DNA of 64,000 nt from a virus (taxonomy: Duplodnaviria > Heunggongvirae > Uroviricota > Caudoviricetes): the IMG/VR virus record IMGVR_UViG_3300046507_000639, positions 64,001 through 128,000 of that record. One strand, written 5' to 3'. The notes below the pieces were generated by a model. That model made no database searches. It was not told the DNA's origin and worked only from the letters and a program-made list of their open reading frames with translations. Below, piece after piece: positions 36,101 through 44,155 of the stretch. Both the position numbers and the translations under genes were made by a program. The first letter of the stretch is position 1. The number at the start of each line of letters is the position of its first letter.

Positions 36101-38935
36101 CGGGTTCTCACCGGGCTCGCCCTGGCGGGAAGTGATCTCACCGAGCTTGTTGATGACGACCAGGTCGCGCCTCGGGAGGTAGTACTCCATGTCGGCGGTG
36201 AAGTTCGTGTCGGCGTCGAGGACGTACACGCCCGTGGCCGGCGCGTTGAACGAGCTGTTCGAGACGGGCGGGTTGATCGTCGCCGCAGAGGAGTTCGCCA
36301 CGTTGGCGGTGTTGAACTTACGCGGGCGGAAGTCGATCGCGTTCCTCAGGTCCACGAAGGAGTTGAAGGAAGACGAGAAGTACTGTGGTATCTCCGCGGT
36401 CTGGATGGCCGTCGCGTTAGCGGTGTTCGCGTCGTCGATCGGGTAGGAGTCCACGCTGAAGAAGCCCACGCCCGTGGTCGTGTTCGCCGAGAACGCGTCG
36501 AGCTCGATGAGGAACTTCGTGTTCGAGGTGATGTTCGACTTGTAGGCCGTCTTGATGATCAGCTTGCCGTGGTCGTAGAAGTTGTCCCTCTGACCGTTGT
36601 CGTACGTGAACCAGGAGGAGCGCTCGGGGTTGGTGGTGCTGTAGGTGTTACCGACGTAGACGTTGCGGACCTTAGCGACGTCGACGAAGCCGAGGTCCCA
36701 CGGGCCGGCGGTCAGGGCAGCGTTGTTCGAGCAGTCTATCTTGACGAATGTGCTCTTCGTGATCGCCTTGCCCGTCGCGACCGCGCTGCTGCGCAGGACC
36801 GGGTACTGCGCGTAGAGCGTCATGGTGCCGGAGTCCATCGTGCCCGTGCCGACCGGGAGGCCGGTGTTGACCGTGAACTGCGTGTTCGAGAGGATCATGA
36901 TGGAGCCGCCGAAGTCGTTGAGGTTCACGACGGTGCCGGCCGGGTAGTACTTCTGGATCTTGGCAGCGGTGTTCGCGGCGGCTGTGACGACGGTGTCGAT
37001 CTGCAGCGACGTGGCGTTGGTGATGGCCGTGACGCTTCGGATCTGGAAGGCCGCGCCGGTCGTGTTGATGCGGATCATGTCGCCGACGTTGAGCAGGGTG
37101 TTGAAGCTCGTTCCGGTGCCGGTGATGACGTTCGAGGTGTTGGCGTAGTTGATCGTACCTGCGAGGTTGGCCGAGTACGCGTTGTTCGACGTGATGATGT
37201 TGAAGCTGTCTGCGAGGGACGAGGACAGAGTGCCGACCGAGGCGTTGAGCCGCTCGACGCCGCCGTTAGCGGGCGAGTTGATCGTGAAGGTCACGAAGCC
37301 GTTGGCGGCCATGGTAGCCGAAGCAGCGTCGCGGAACACGAAGCTGGTCTCGTTGCCGCCCGAAGAGTTGCGGAGACGCTTGACTGCGTTGACGCCGAAC
37401 GGGAACACGAGCGAGTTGCTCGCGGCGTCCTGGATGACCGCGGTGTTGGAAGACGAGAGGACCACGTCAGCCTTGGCCGGTCCGAATGCGGTGGTGCCGT
37501 AGAAGGACTTGACGTCGTTCGCGAAGCTCTTGCCGCTGTTCATCCTCACGTTGAAGAGGTACATGCGGTACTGCGTGAAGGGCGTGCCCTTGTCGTTAGT
37601 GGAGTACTGCAGGCCTAGGACGTTGGCCTTGCCGACGACGTTGCCGGTCGGCGCGGTGCCGCTGCCCTCGTACTCCGAGACGGAGTTCTGGGGGGTGTCG
37701 TACAGGCTCACTTCAGTCGCGTGGTCGAAGTCGAAGGAGCCGACGAGCTCGTCCACGAGGACGTAGTTGCCGTAGTTGCCCGTGACGATCTGGGTCAGCG
37801 CTTCCTTGACGGTCGTCGCCTTGTTGGCCACGAGGTTGAAGGCGTTCAGCTTCTCGATGCGGTAACCCTTGACGTACATGATGCCCGTCGAGATGTTGTA
37901 CTGGAACTGCTGGTTGTTCGCGGTGTACACGTCGGTGTCGATCGTGAACGGCTTGACGGTGTAGTCTCCCGACTCCTCGTTGGTTCGAGAAGCGAGGACG
38001 TCGAGTATCTGGGAGAGGCCGGACTGGTCGGTGTTGGTCTGGGTCGGCGAGTCAGAGTCGAACTCTACGATCGCGAAGAAGTTGGTGCTGTTCGCGGTCT
38101 CGGACTTCGGCTTCGAGACGAGCGTCGCGTTGAGCTGCAGTCGGTCTGCGCCGGGAGCGTTGAAGTTGAAGAAGCCCTGGGCGTTGCTGAGGAGCGACGG
38201 GTCCTGGTTGGAGTTGACGATGACTTCTTCGGTGTTGAAGCCGACGACGTAGTTGTTCACCGACGTGTCGTGGTCGCGCACGGGGATCGTGTGCTGGTCG
38301 ACGTTGATGAAGAAGCCCTTCTGGAAGACGATGCCGTCCGAGACCTGCACGCCGTAAGCGGTGCCGGTGGCGTTGGCGGTGCCGTTCGAGGTGATGATGC
38401 TGATGGTGTCGACGAGGTTGTTCGCGTCGAGCACGCCGAACTTGTTCTGGGCGTCAGTGTAGACGTAGAGCTTCTCACCCGAGGCGAACGAGGTGACGTC
38501 GTTGTTCGAGCCGTCGGTTCCGGTGTAGATGTAGTTGACGTAGAAGCGGTTGGTCTCGGGGTACGTCAGCTCGAAGCCAGACTTGGTCGTGGACACGGCA
38601 GCGCGCACGCCGCTGTTCGACACGAGCAGGTAGTTCTGGGGTATCTCGAGGATGGACAGCTCGTTGTTGGAGTCGAACTGGTTCTTGACGTAGACGACGG
38701 GGTACTGTGGGATGTACGTGATCGCGCAGCGGTCGACGATCGATCCGTCCTTGAAGACGTACGAGCCGAACCGTGCGACCTGCTCCTGCAGGATGCTCTG
38801 GAGCTGCGTGAGCTCACGGGCCTGGACCGCGATCGAGGGCTTGAAGAGTATCCGGTGGTAGTTCTTACCCTCGGCGTCGTCGAAGTCGTCGAAGTACGGT
38901 GATACGTTGAAGTCGGTGTCGAGTCTAGAAGTCAT
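33176..38935 (-). CDS. Large baseplate/tail structural protein (DUF4815/VrlC-like, 1919 aa)
   Basis: NVSPYFDDFD...Y.RILFKP..AVQARELTQLQSILQ.Q, RT.EESGDY, RI..LEYY..L.LLE, RFKNG.F.D.F, DP+AQSF. Confidence 0.85.
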   Translation of the reverse strand: MTSRLDTDFNVSPYFDDFDDAEGKNYHRILFKPSIAVQARELTQLQSILQEQVARFGSYVFKDGSIVDRCAITYIPQYPVVYVKNQFDSNNELSILEIPQNYLLVSNSGVRAAVSTTKSGFELTYPETNRFYVNYIYTGTDGSNNDVTSFASGEKLYVYTDAQNKFGVLDANNLVDTISIITSNGTANATGTAYGVQVSDGIVFQKGFFINVDQHTIPVRDHDTSVNNYVVGFNTEEVIVNSNQDPSLLSNAQGFFNFNAPGADRLQLNATLVSKPKSETANSTNFFAIVEFDSDSPTQTNTDQSGLSQILDVLASRTNEESGDYTVKPFTIDTDVYTANNQQFQYNISTGIMYVKGYRIEKLNAFNLVANKATTVKEALTQIVTGNYGNYVLVDELVGSFDFDHATEVSLYDTPQNSVSEYEGSGTAPTGNVVGKANVLGLQYSTNDKGTPFTQYRMYLFNVRMNSGKSFANDVKSFYGTTAFGPAKADVVLSSSNTAVIQDAASNSLVFPFGVNAVKRLRNSSGGNETSFVFRDAASATMAANGFVTFTINSPANGGVERLNASVGTLSSSLADSFNIITSNNAYSANLAGTINYANTSNVITGTGTSFNTLLNVGDMIRINTTGAAFQIRSVTAITNATSLQIDTVVTAAANTAAKIQKYYPAGTVVNLNDFGGSIMILSNTQFTVNTGLPVGTGTMDSGTMTLYAQYPVLRSSAVATGKAITKSTFVKIDCSNNAALTAGPWDLGFVDVAKVRNVYVGNTYSTTNPERSSWFTYDNGQRDNFYDHGKLIIKTAYKSNITSNTKFLIELDAFSANTTTGVGFFSVDSYPIDDANTANATAIQTAEIPQYFSSSFNSFVDLRNAIDFRPRKFNTANVANSSAATINPPVSNSSFNAPATGVYVLDADTNFTADMEYYLPRRDLVVINKLGEITSRQGEPGENPLAPVNEVDTAVIAETYITPYPSLSSKEAISFNRSDLEIDIDIKTNRVYTEKDIGTLDTRITRLEYYAALNLLEQKAKDTSVTDANGLDRFKNGIFADSFDNDDNGKTTDIEYSIAIDPDKGIARPNFKQHNIDFAYRADLSSSVTKTGHLITAPYTHELFVDQRYATNTRNATGAYWAWNGKLNLYPTYDYFTQEIDSGATLNVTQDLTTPVTTGTTYGDWRTVATNTSANSSSSSTTTTSEQIITTTTAATVANTITTGKYVTDVTQNTYIRSREVAFIATGMKPNTSMHIFFDNKLVDSFCAPATPSGLTNFEAGSENKILNRTANYGTAIKSDGSGNVYGMFKIPDSTFLNGDRELIVTNVTDLVVQAGSILTEATALYTASSISVTSGTTTLTTLTTEINSSSSTQTRSSTQTTTINPQGPSIEGGGGHSGNHGGHDDPIAQSFTATVPSNASGLFLTKVGLYFSSKDAALGCSVFVVETTLGLPDSSKFFGRAYLTSSQINVSADATAETQFTFVNPVYLENGKDYAFLVKPDGNSPDYNLWISEIGNYDVITGEQVYSNPYSGVLFVSANMTTWTANQTEDMKFRLYRANFTVGSGTAVFTNEDDDFLTINGLTKANNSFDVEPGDYIIKVVGGVRISNTANTNYASGRVQTVDEASDFIQIDTSNGNLEPGDVIEFHRSANSVSASFNANTLIANTTIVTVDDPLYNAVVPRFAAINPALTSLTYKFAGVDETYSPDSAQVTLTPEVETELLDYPRVVASRSNEMDSLAGAKSATFSITLTTSNMYISPVIDLRRKAGLMIENVINDDSTNEYTRYGNAVTKYVSKNIVLDDSVGVAEDALVYIGAYRPVGTDIQVYVKLLGAEDGEAFDDKLWTQMQMTDGSSKLYSSPIDVTDYREFQYGLPTSVLASVGSKTTAYLNNGIVQYARSDGALIVGYKTFCFKVVLLSDSTAKVPRMSDIRAIALQK

Positions 38936-40429
38936 TTAGTTTCCCGAGAGGTTCGACAGGATGAAGCCCACGTCTTCGAGTGAGCTGTTCGACCGATCGA
39001 CTGAGACCGCGGTGTCGTAGAATAGGACGTCGCCGCTGTACACGTTTATCTGTGGGTTATTTATAGCGAGAATCTGAGCCACGATCTCTGAGTTTGAAGT
39101 CACGATCGTCTCACCGTTCGCGAAGGAGCCCTTGTAGACGGTACCCTTCGCGTTGGTGTTGTTCGCGAAGCCGAGGATGCCGATCGCGCCCGAAGTCTGA
39201 CCCGTGAAGGTCTCGCCGATCACGTAGCTGCTGGAGGAGGAGAGGACGTTCAGGGTGAGGCTGACCGTGGAGTCGATGAACGACGAGGTGTAGATGTGGC
39301 CGTTGGCGTACTCCGGGTCCTTGATCATGCCGTACTCCCGGAAGGAGAGCTCGACTGGGATGGCGCCGGACTCGTCGCCGTCGAACGTCGTGATCACCAT
39401 GAACTTGCTCGAGCCGAGCTCAGAGACGGCGTCGGAGCCGTGGCCCTTGACCGGTGAGATGACCGCGCGCAGGGTGGAGTCAGCGTTGGCGGTGTTAGCG
39501 TACACGTTCACAGAGGTGTAGCCCGCGCCGGGGTCGATGACGTTGACTGAAGCGATGGACTTCGAGACTGTGTTGACCGTGCAGTACGCCTTGGCGCCGT
39601 CGCCGTTCCCGTCGATGACGATCTCGGGGTAGATGATGTACTGCGAGGTGTAGTCGAGGGTGAGCGGCGTGGTCGTGACGACGAAGATGCCCGAGGTGTT
39701 GCTGAAGTGCTGGGCGATGCGCGTCATGGAGCCGTCGCCGGTTCCGGACGAGACGTACATCATCAGGTTGTTGTAGAAGTTGTTCACGCCCGAGTTGTTG
39801 TCAGCTATCCTGAAGAGGTTGCTGTTGTTGGCAGTGCTGAGGACGGTGCCCGTCGCGAACGCCGGGAAGTTCGCGCCTCCCGAGACCACGACGATGTTGT
39901 CGATGGTGCCGGGGATCGCCGCGGCCTCGACGGTCGTGTTGGCGTCGATGGGGATGAAGGTCGACGTGCCGAACTTGGTGTTGTTGGCCGACGAGAGGGT
40001 GTACATGTACTTCCACTTGTAGCCGTCGCTCAGCTCGAAGATGTCAGTGGTCTTAGACGTAGGCTCCTCAGTAGAGAGCGCGCCGCCGCCGTTGCTGATG
40101 CACTTGAACACGTCGTCGTTACTGTTGATGACGTAGTATGGCTTGTCGTAGAGCTCGGGGTCGTCGTCGTCGTACTGTGCGTAGGCCGTGTCGATCGTCC
40201 AGACGTACTTGCCGACCAGGAACGAGACGTCGCCCGGCTGGAGCTTCTTGCCGAAGATCATCTCCTTGCGGAAGTCGAAGTCGCCCTGCTTGTAGGTGCC
40301 GTCCTCGGGGTCGGGGTTGACCTCGTCCGGCCACGGGGTGAACTTGGACACCACCATGTAGTAGGCGCTGTTAGCGGAGCCGAGGTCGTCCTGCAGCAAC
40401 TCGCATATCGTGTTGAATATGTTCGACAC
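38936..40429 (-). CDS. gp8: Baseplate wedge subunit
   Basis: YY+....PWPDE.NP, W...T.Y..YDD, YYV+NS...VFKC+.N, DGYKWKYMY, I+SP..GHG.D.+.ELG. Confidence 0.85.
   Translation of the reverse strand: MSNIFNTICELLQDDLGSANSAYYMVVSKFTPWPDEVNPDPEDGTYKQGDFDFRKEMIFGKKLQPGDVSFLVGKYVWTIDTAYAQYDDDDPELYDKPYYVINSNDDVFKCISNGGGALSTEEPTSKTTDIFELSDGYKWKYMYTLSSANNTKFGTSTFIPIDANTTVEAAAIPGTIDNIVVVSGGANFPAFATGTVLSTANNSNLFRIADNNSGVNNFYNNLMMYVSSGTGDGSMTRIAQHFSNTSGIFVVTTTPLTLDYTSQYIIYPEIVIDGNGDGAKAYCTVNTVSKSIASVNVIDPGAGYTSVNVYANTANADSTLRAVISPVKGHGSDAVSELGSSKFMVITTFDGDESGAIPVELSFREYGMIKDPEYANGHIYTSSFIDSTVSLTLNVLSSSSSYVIGETFTGQTSGAIGILGFANNTNAKGTVYKGSFANGETIVTSNSEIVAQILAINNPQINVYSGDVLFYDTAVSVDRSNSSLEDVGFILSNLSGN
39058..39065 (-). 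promoter_or_regulatory. Late promoter embedded in the gp8 3' end
   Basis: Exact TATAAATA via atypical GCT ATA AAT AAC codons. Confidence 0.65.
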
Positions 40430-40434
40430 TTATT

Positions 40435-41958
40435 TTAGCTCTCTGTGACTAGTCGGACCTTGCCGAACATCTTGTTGCCCGACGGGTGGACGGTCCTCTT
40501 CAGGACGTCGTAGTACTCCGAGAGCTTCTTTTTGAGGATGAGCTCGTAAGAGTACTCCTGGTAATAGTCGTCGTCTTGCAGGTATTTATCGCTGTCCACG
40601 AAGCTGGTTGAGTCCCTCCAGTATCCCTCGACCTTGCCGACCGCGCCTATCACTAGGGTGGCGTCGACCACGTGGAGCGCGTTCGTGGTGGAGGTGAGGG
40701 TGGCGTGGATGGTGTTGCCGCGGTAGGCGAAGCCCGAGGACACCACGGTGATGCTCGAGGGGACGCCGTTGCCGTAGAATGCCGACGTCGCGATGACCGC
40801 GTCGTTCCCCCAGTAGCCGCCCGAGCCGTCCTGGATGTGGAGCTTGTTCGTGACGGGCTCGAACACCTTGACGGTGACGTTGCCGTCGTAGTCGTGGCCC
40901 GGGTTGGTGGTGACGATCTTAGAGATAGTGCCGACAGTGTACGTGTTCATCGCGAGCGCGGAGTGCACCTTCGACGTGATGTTGGCGGTCGACATCGCGG
41001 AGCCGTCGCCGACGTTGTAGGTGTTGGCGCCGACCTTCACTGCGAGGTAGCCGTTCACGTATATGTTGGAAACGTCGATGTTGGACGTGTTGGACAACGA
41101 CAGTATCGCCATGTTGGCGTCGGAACCCATGGTGTTGCTGCCCGACGTGATGGTGATCGTGGAGTCTAGCTTGTAGCCGAAGCCGCCGTTGACGAGGTTG
41201 AAGTTGATGATGCCGTCGCCGCTGTTCTCGACCGCGCTGACGATGCCCCGGAAGTTGAGCCCGTCGGTGTTGGAAGTAGCAGTGACGAAGTCGCCGACCG
41301 TGAAGCCGGGCGTGGCGGAGTTCACGATGACGGAGGTGATGGACCCGAGGACGGTAGGCTCGATCGCCGTGATGCCCTCGTAGGTGATCGTCTCGCCGGG
41401 CGTGAAGTCGCCGCGGATGTTCGAGATGAACAGCAGGTCGATCAGTCGCCCGTTGACGTTGCGGCGCTCGTAGTTCTCGACGATCGCCTTCGCCCCGCTG
41501 ACCTTGCCCACGATGTTCTGGTTCTCGAACTGGTAGTTCGTGTCGTGCTTCGATATCTCAAAGTACCTAGGCTCGAACCACTCGCTGTTGTCGGGCTTGA
41601 AGATGTCCTCTGCCGGGATGTAGTACTCTATCTCGGTGTTGAAGAGCAGGCGGAACACAAGGCGGATGCCCTCGATGGAGCCCTTCGAGTTGTAGAGGTC
41701 GAGGATGTGCTTCTGGAGCATCCTCTTGTCGCCGAGGATCTGCTTCGGAACGCCCGACATGTACTCGTCCTTGAAGTAGTCAAGGAACTCGTCGGGGGTG
41801 GTGTCGATGTCTCGTATGTCGAGGAGCTTGCGCGTCTCGGACCGCTGCTCATCCCACTCGTAGTACGCCTTGACGAACTGGACGAAGTTCGTCCCGTCCT
41901 TCTTATAGAAGTCGGGGAACTGGTGCTGTACGAAGTTTGAGATGAAGTCTACGGTCAT
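40435..41958 (-). CDS. Baseplate wedge subunit (gp7-like)
   Basis: FV.F+KAYYEW, L+..I.D.Y.SKGS.E.+R.+FR+LF, D..+LQD..YYQ.YSY, +HPSG.K.FG. Confidence 0.78.
   Translation of the reverse strand: MTVDFISNFVQHQFPDFYKKDGTNFVQFVKAYYEWDEQRSETRKLLDIRDIDTTPDEFLDYFKDEYMSGVPKQILGDKRMLQKHILDLYNSKGSIEGIRLVFRLLFNTEIEYYIPAEDIFKPDNSEWFEPRYFEISKHDTNYQFENQNIVGKVSGAKAIVENYERRNVNGRLIDLLFISNIRGDFTPGETITYEGITAIEPTVLGSITSVIVNSATPGFTVGDFVTATSNTDGLNFRGIVSAVENSGDGIINFNLVNGGFGYKLDSTITITSGSNTMGSDANMAILSLSNTSNIDVSNIYVNGYLAVKVGANTYNVGDGSAMSTANITSKVHSALAMNTYTVGTISKIVTTNPGHDYDGNVTVKVFEPVTNKLHIQDGSGGYWGNDAVIATSAFYGNGVPSSITVVSSGFAYRGNTIHATLTSTTNALHVVDATLVIGAVGKVEGYWRDSTSFVDSDKYLQDDDYYQEYSYELILKKKLSEYYDVLKRTVHPSGNKMFGKVRLVTES
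40583..40590 (-). promoter_or_regulatory. Embedded late promoter GATAAATA
   Basis: Upstream of gp8. Confidence 0.5.
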
Positions 41959-43748
41959 TCTGCCACCATCGTGACGGTCACGTCGGCCACGTCGAGGATG
42001 AGGAACCTGTTCTCAGCGACGGTCACGTCCCTCTCTGCGCCGGTGGCGTAGATCGAGATGAACCCGCTGTAGGACGACACGTTGAGGAGTATCTCCATGT
42101 TGCCCGTAGCGTAGTCGACCGAGCCGACCGACGAGTTGAGCACGTTCTTGGCGGCGTTGTTGGCGACGACCTTGAGGACGCCGAGTCCGTTGTCTTCGAT
42201 CTTGGCCGAGTACGAGATGCCGTTGACGACGTACGAGAAGATGGAGGAGGTGATCGTGGGCGCTATCGCCTTGTCGAGCTCCGACGAGACGTCGTAGTCG
42301 AGAAGCGGCGTGCCGAACGAGAACTTGAAGCTCGCGGGAGAGCCGGTGGTCGGGCTCCACCTCTTGATGATGGAGAGCGTGGTGTCGTTCGAGACTATCG
42401 CGGGGTCCACGTCGTCGATCGCGTTGACGAACTTCGAGTATCGCAGGTCGGAGTCGAAGTCAGTGAGGTTCGCTGCAGCGAAGTCCTCGATGGCGTCGAT
42501 CACGTTCACCCGCAGCTGCTCGAGCGGCGTGCTGATGAGCGCGGAGTCGTACGTCACGGTCGAGTTGACCTTCACGTAGAAGTACTCTGGGTCTACCACG
42601 AAGGCCTTCGTCGTGATGGACTTGCCCTCGAGGTAGTTGACGATCTTGCGCTTCACGTTGTCCGAGATGATGCCCTCGGTGCCGAAGGGCTTGATGAAGA
42701 GCGCGACGCGTCCGAACTGTGGGGGATTGAGCAGCTCACCGCCGTAGGCCAGCACTGACTGGACGATCGGGAACTTCTCGCGGACGAGGTTCTCGAAGTC
42801 TCCGTCGATGACGGCCCGCTCCTGGGTGGTGAAGTGACGCGGCCCGTGGAACTTGATGGACGCCAGGTCCTCACGCTCGGCCCCGCCTGAAGCGGGAGCG
42901 TCAGAGACGATGGATGAGACCCGGTAGCCGTCGACCGCGACAGAGGGCGAGAACGTCGTGAGGCCGTTTCCGTCTTCGCCGTCGGTGGCCACGTAGGCGA
43001 TGTTGATGATGTTGCCGTTCGAGACCGCGCGGCCGATGACGCCGTTGCCGAAGACCACCTCGTACCGGTCGTCGCTGTAGCCCTGGACGAAGAACACGTT
43101 GGACGTGGAGGTCAGACCGTAGATGTCGAGGGTGCGAGACCAGGTCACGGTCGTGTTGTCGGTGTTGGACGTCGTGACCTTCACCTCGATGGTGTCGACG
43201 TCGACGTTGTTGGCCTGGAGGGCGTACCGGACCGTCGAGTTGGCGACGAACGCCTCGCGGACGACGTTGCCCTGGAAGAGGTCGACCTCGGAGGCCGAGT
43301 AGTTGCCGAAGGAGTCGGCCTGGACGACGACGGCCGTGTTGGTCACGAGGGTGAAGACCTTCGAGTCGTTGTTGGCGTCGAAGCCGGCCGAGGACACCGA
43401 GTAGTACTTCGGGATGGTGACGCTCGAGGGCAGGTCGCCCCCGGTGTCGATCGTGAACGTCGCGGTGGTCCGTGCCGACGAGCGGGAGCGAGGAGTGTAG
43501 TTGAGCTCCTTCGACCTGGATATGACGGAGTCCTTGAGCACCGCGGTGTCGAGGAACATCTCGGAGCCGATCATGTTCTCGTAGTACGCGTTGAGCGTGG
43601 TGTTCAGCGCGAGCACGTCGAGCAGGACGGCGAAGTTTGAGCCCTCGAAGTCGTAGTCCTTGAACCGGGCCTGGCTCGCGAGGTACGTCTTCAGGCTCTC
43701 TCGGTAGTTGAGGAAGTCGAGCTCACTCGTCGGTATGAACTGAGTCAT
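41955..43748 (-). CDS. gp6: Baseplate wedge subunit
   Basis: LDF..YRESLK.YL, F.DYDFEGS.+.VLLDVLA.NT, E.FLDTA..+.SV+S..KEL.YTPRS, ERAV...D+, GGE...PPQFGRV. Confidence 0.93.
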   Translation of the reverse strand: MTQFIPTSELDFLNYRESLKTYLASQARFKDYDFEGSNFAVLLDVLALNTTLNAYYENMIGSEMFLDTAVLKDSVISRSKELNYTPRSRSSARTTATFTIDTGGDLPSSVTIPKYYSVSSAGFDANNDSKVFTLVTNTAVVVQADSFGNYSASEVDLFQGNVVREAFVANSTVRYALQANNVDVDTIEVKVTTSNTDNTTVTWSRTLDIYGLTSTSNVFFVQGYSDDRYEVVFGNGVIGRAVSNGNIINIAYVATDGEDGNGLTTFSPSVAVDGYRVSSIVSDAPASGGAEREDLASIKFHGPRHFTTQERAVIDGDFENLVREKFPIVQSVLAYGGELLNPPQFGRVALFIKPFGTEGIISDNVKRKIVNYLEGKSITTKAFVVDPEYFYVKVNSTVTYDSALISTPLEQLRVNVIDAIEDFAAANLTDFDSDLRYSKFVNAIDDVDPAIVSNDTTLSIIKRWSPTTGSPASFKFSFGTPLLDYDVSSELDKAIAPTITSSIFSYVVNGISYSAKIEDNGLGVLKVVANNAAKNVLNSSVGSVDYATGNMEILLNVSSYSGFISIYATGAERDVTVAENRFLILDVADVTVTMVAE

Positions 43749-44155
43749 CTTATCCGTTCTAGGATCGTGGAGAAAGTTATGGGGTCTATCTTATTTATTA
43801 CGCGGAAAGTAATGGTCGCGCTGTACGCGTTCTGGTCCGGGCTGATCTGTACGTTCACGTCGAGCAGCTCGGCCCTCTTCTCGTAGGTCTGGATGCAGCG
43901 TACGATCGAGGATCGAATGAGAGTGGCGGTCACGGGAGTGACGTTCTCGAAGAGGTACTTCTGCAGGCCTGAGCCGATGCCGGGCCGGAAGCGTCGCTCG
44001 TAGGGTCCCGTGAACATCAGGTTCTTGATGGAGTTCTTCACGGCGTCCTCGTCCTTGAGCAACACGAGGTCGTGCTTCACGGGGTGAGCCGCGAAGTCGT
44101 TGCGGAAGTCAGAGTACTTGTTCTCGATCTTGGTGTTGGGTGTCTCTAGGGGCAT
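43745..44155 (-). CDS. gp25: Baseplate wedge subunit
   Basis: YSD....F..HP+..D+....DEDAVK.SIKNL+.T...ER.F.P..GS, YE.R, LER+R. Confidence 0.93.
   Translation of the reverse strand: MPLETPNTKIENKYSDFRNDFAAHPVKHDLVLLKDEDAVKNSIKNLMFTGPYERRFRPGIGSGLQKYLFENVTPVTATLIRSSIVRCIQTYEKRAELLDVNVQISPDQNAYSATITFRVINKIDPITFSTILERIR
43792..43799 (-). promoter_or_regulatory. Embedded late promoter AATAAATA
   Basis: In the gp25 3' end, upstream of gp6. Confidence 0.55.

Noticed and set aside
34049-37618. Very long + strand ORFs antisense to structural genes (also 25426-27507, 9055-10764, 47663-49477, 55287-56558 and others)
   Set aside because: These are shadow frames caused by strong C/G third-position bias. 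They are V/D/R/G-rich, have no SD or promoter, and fully overlap well-conserved genes.
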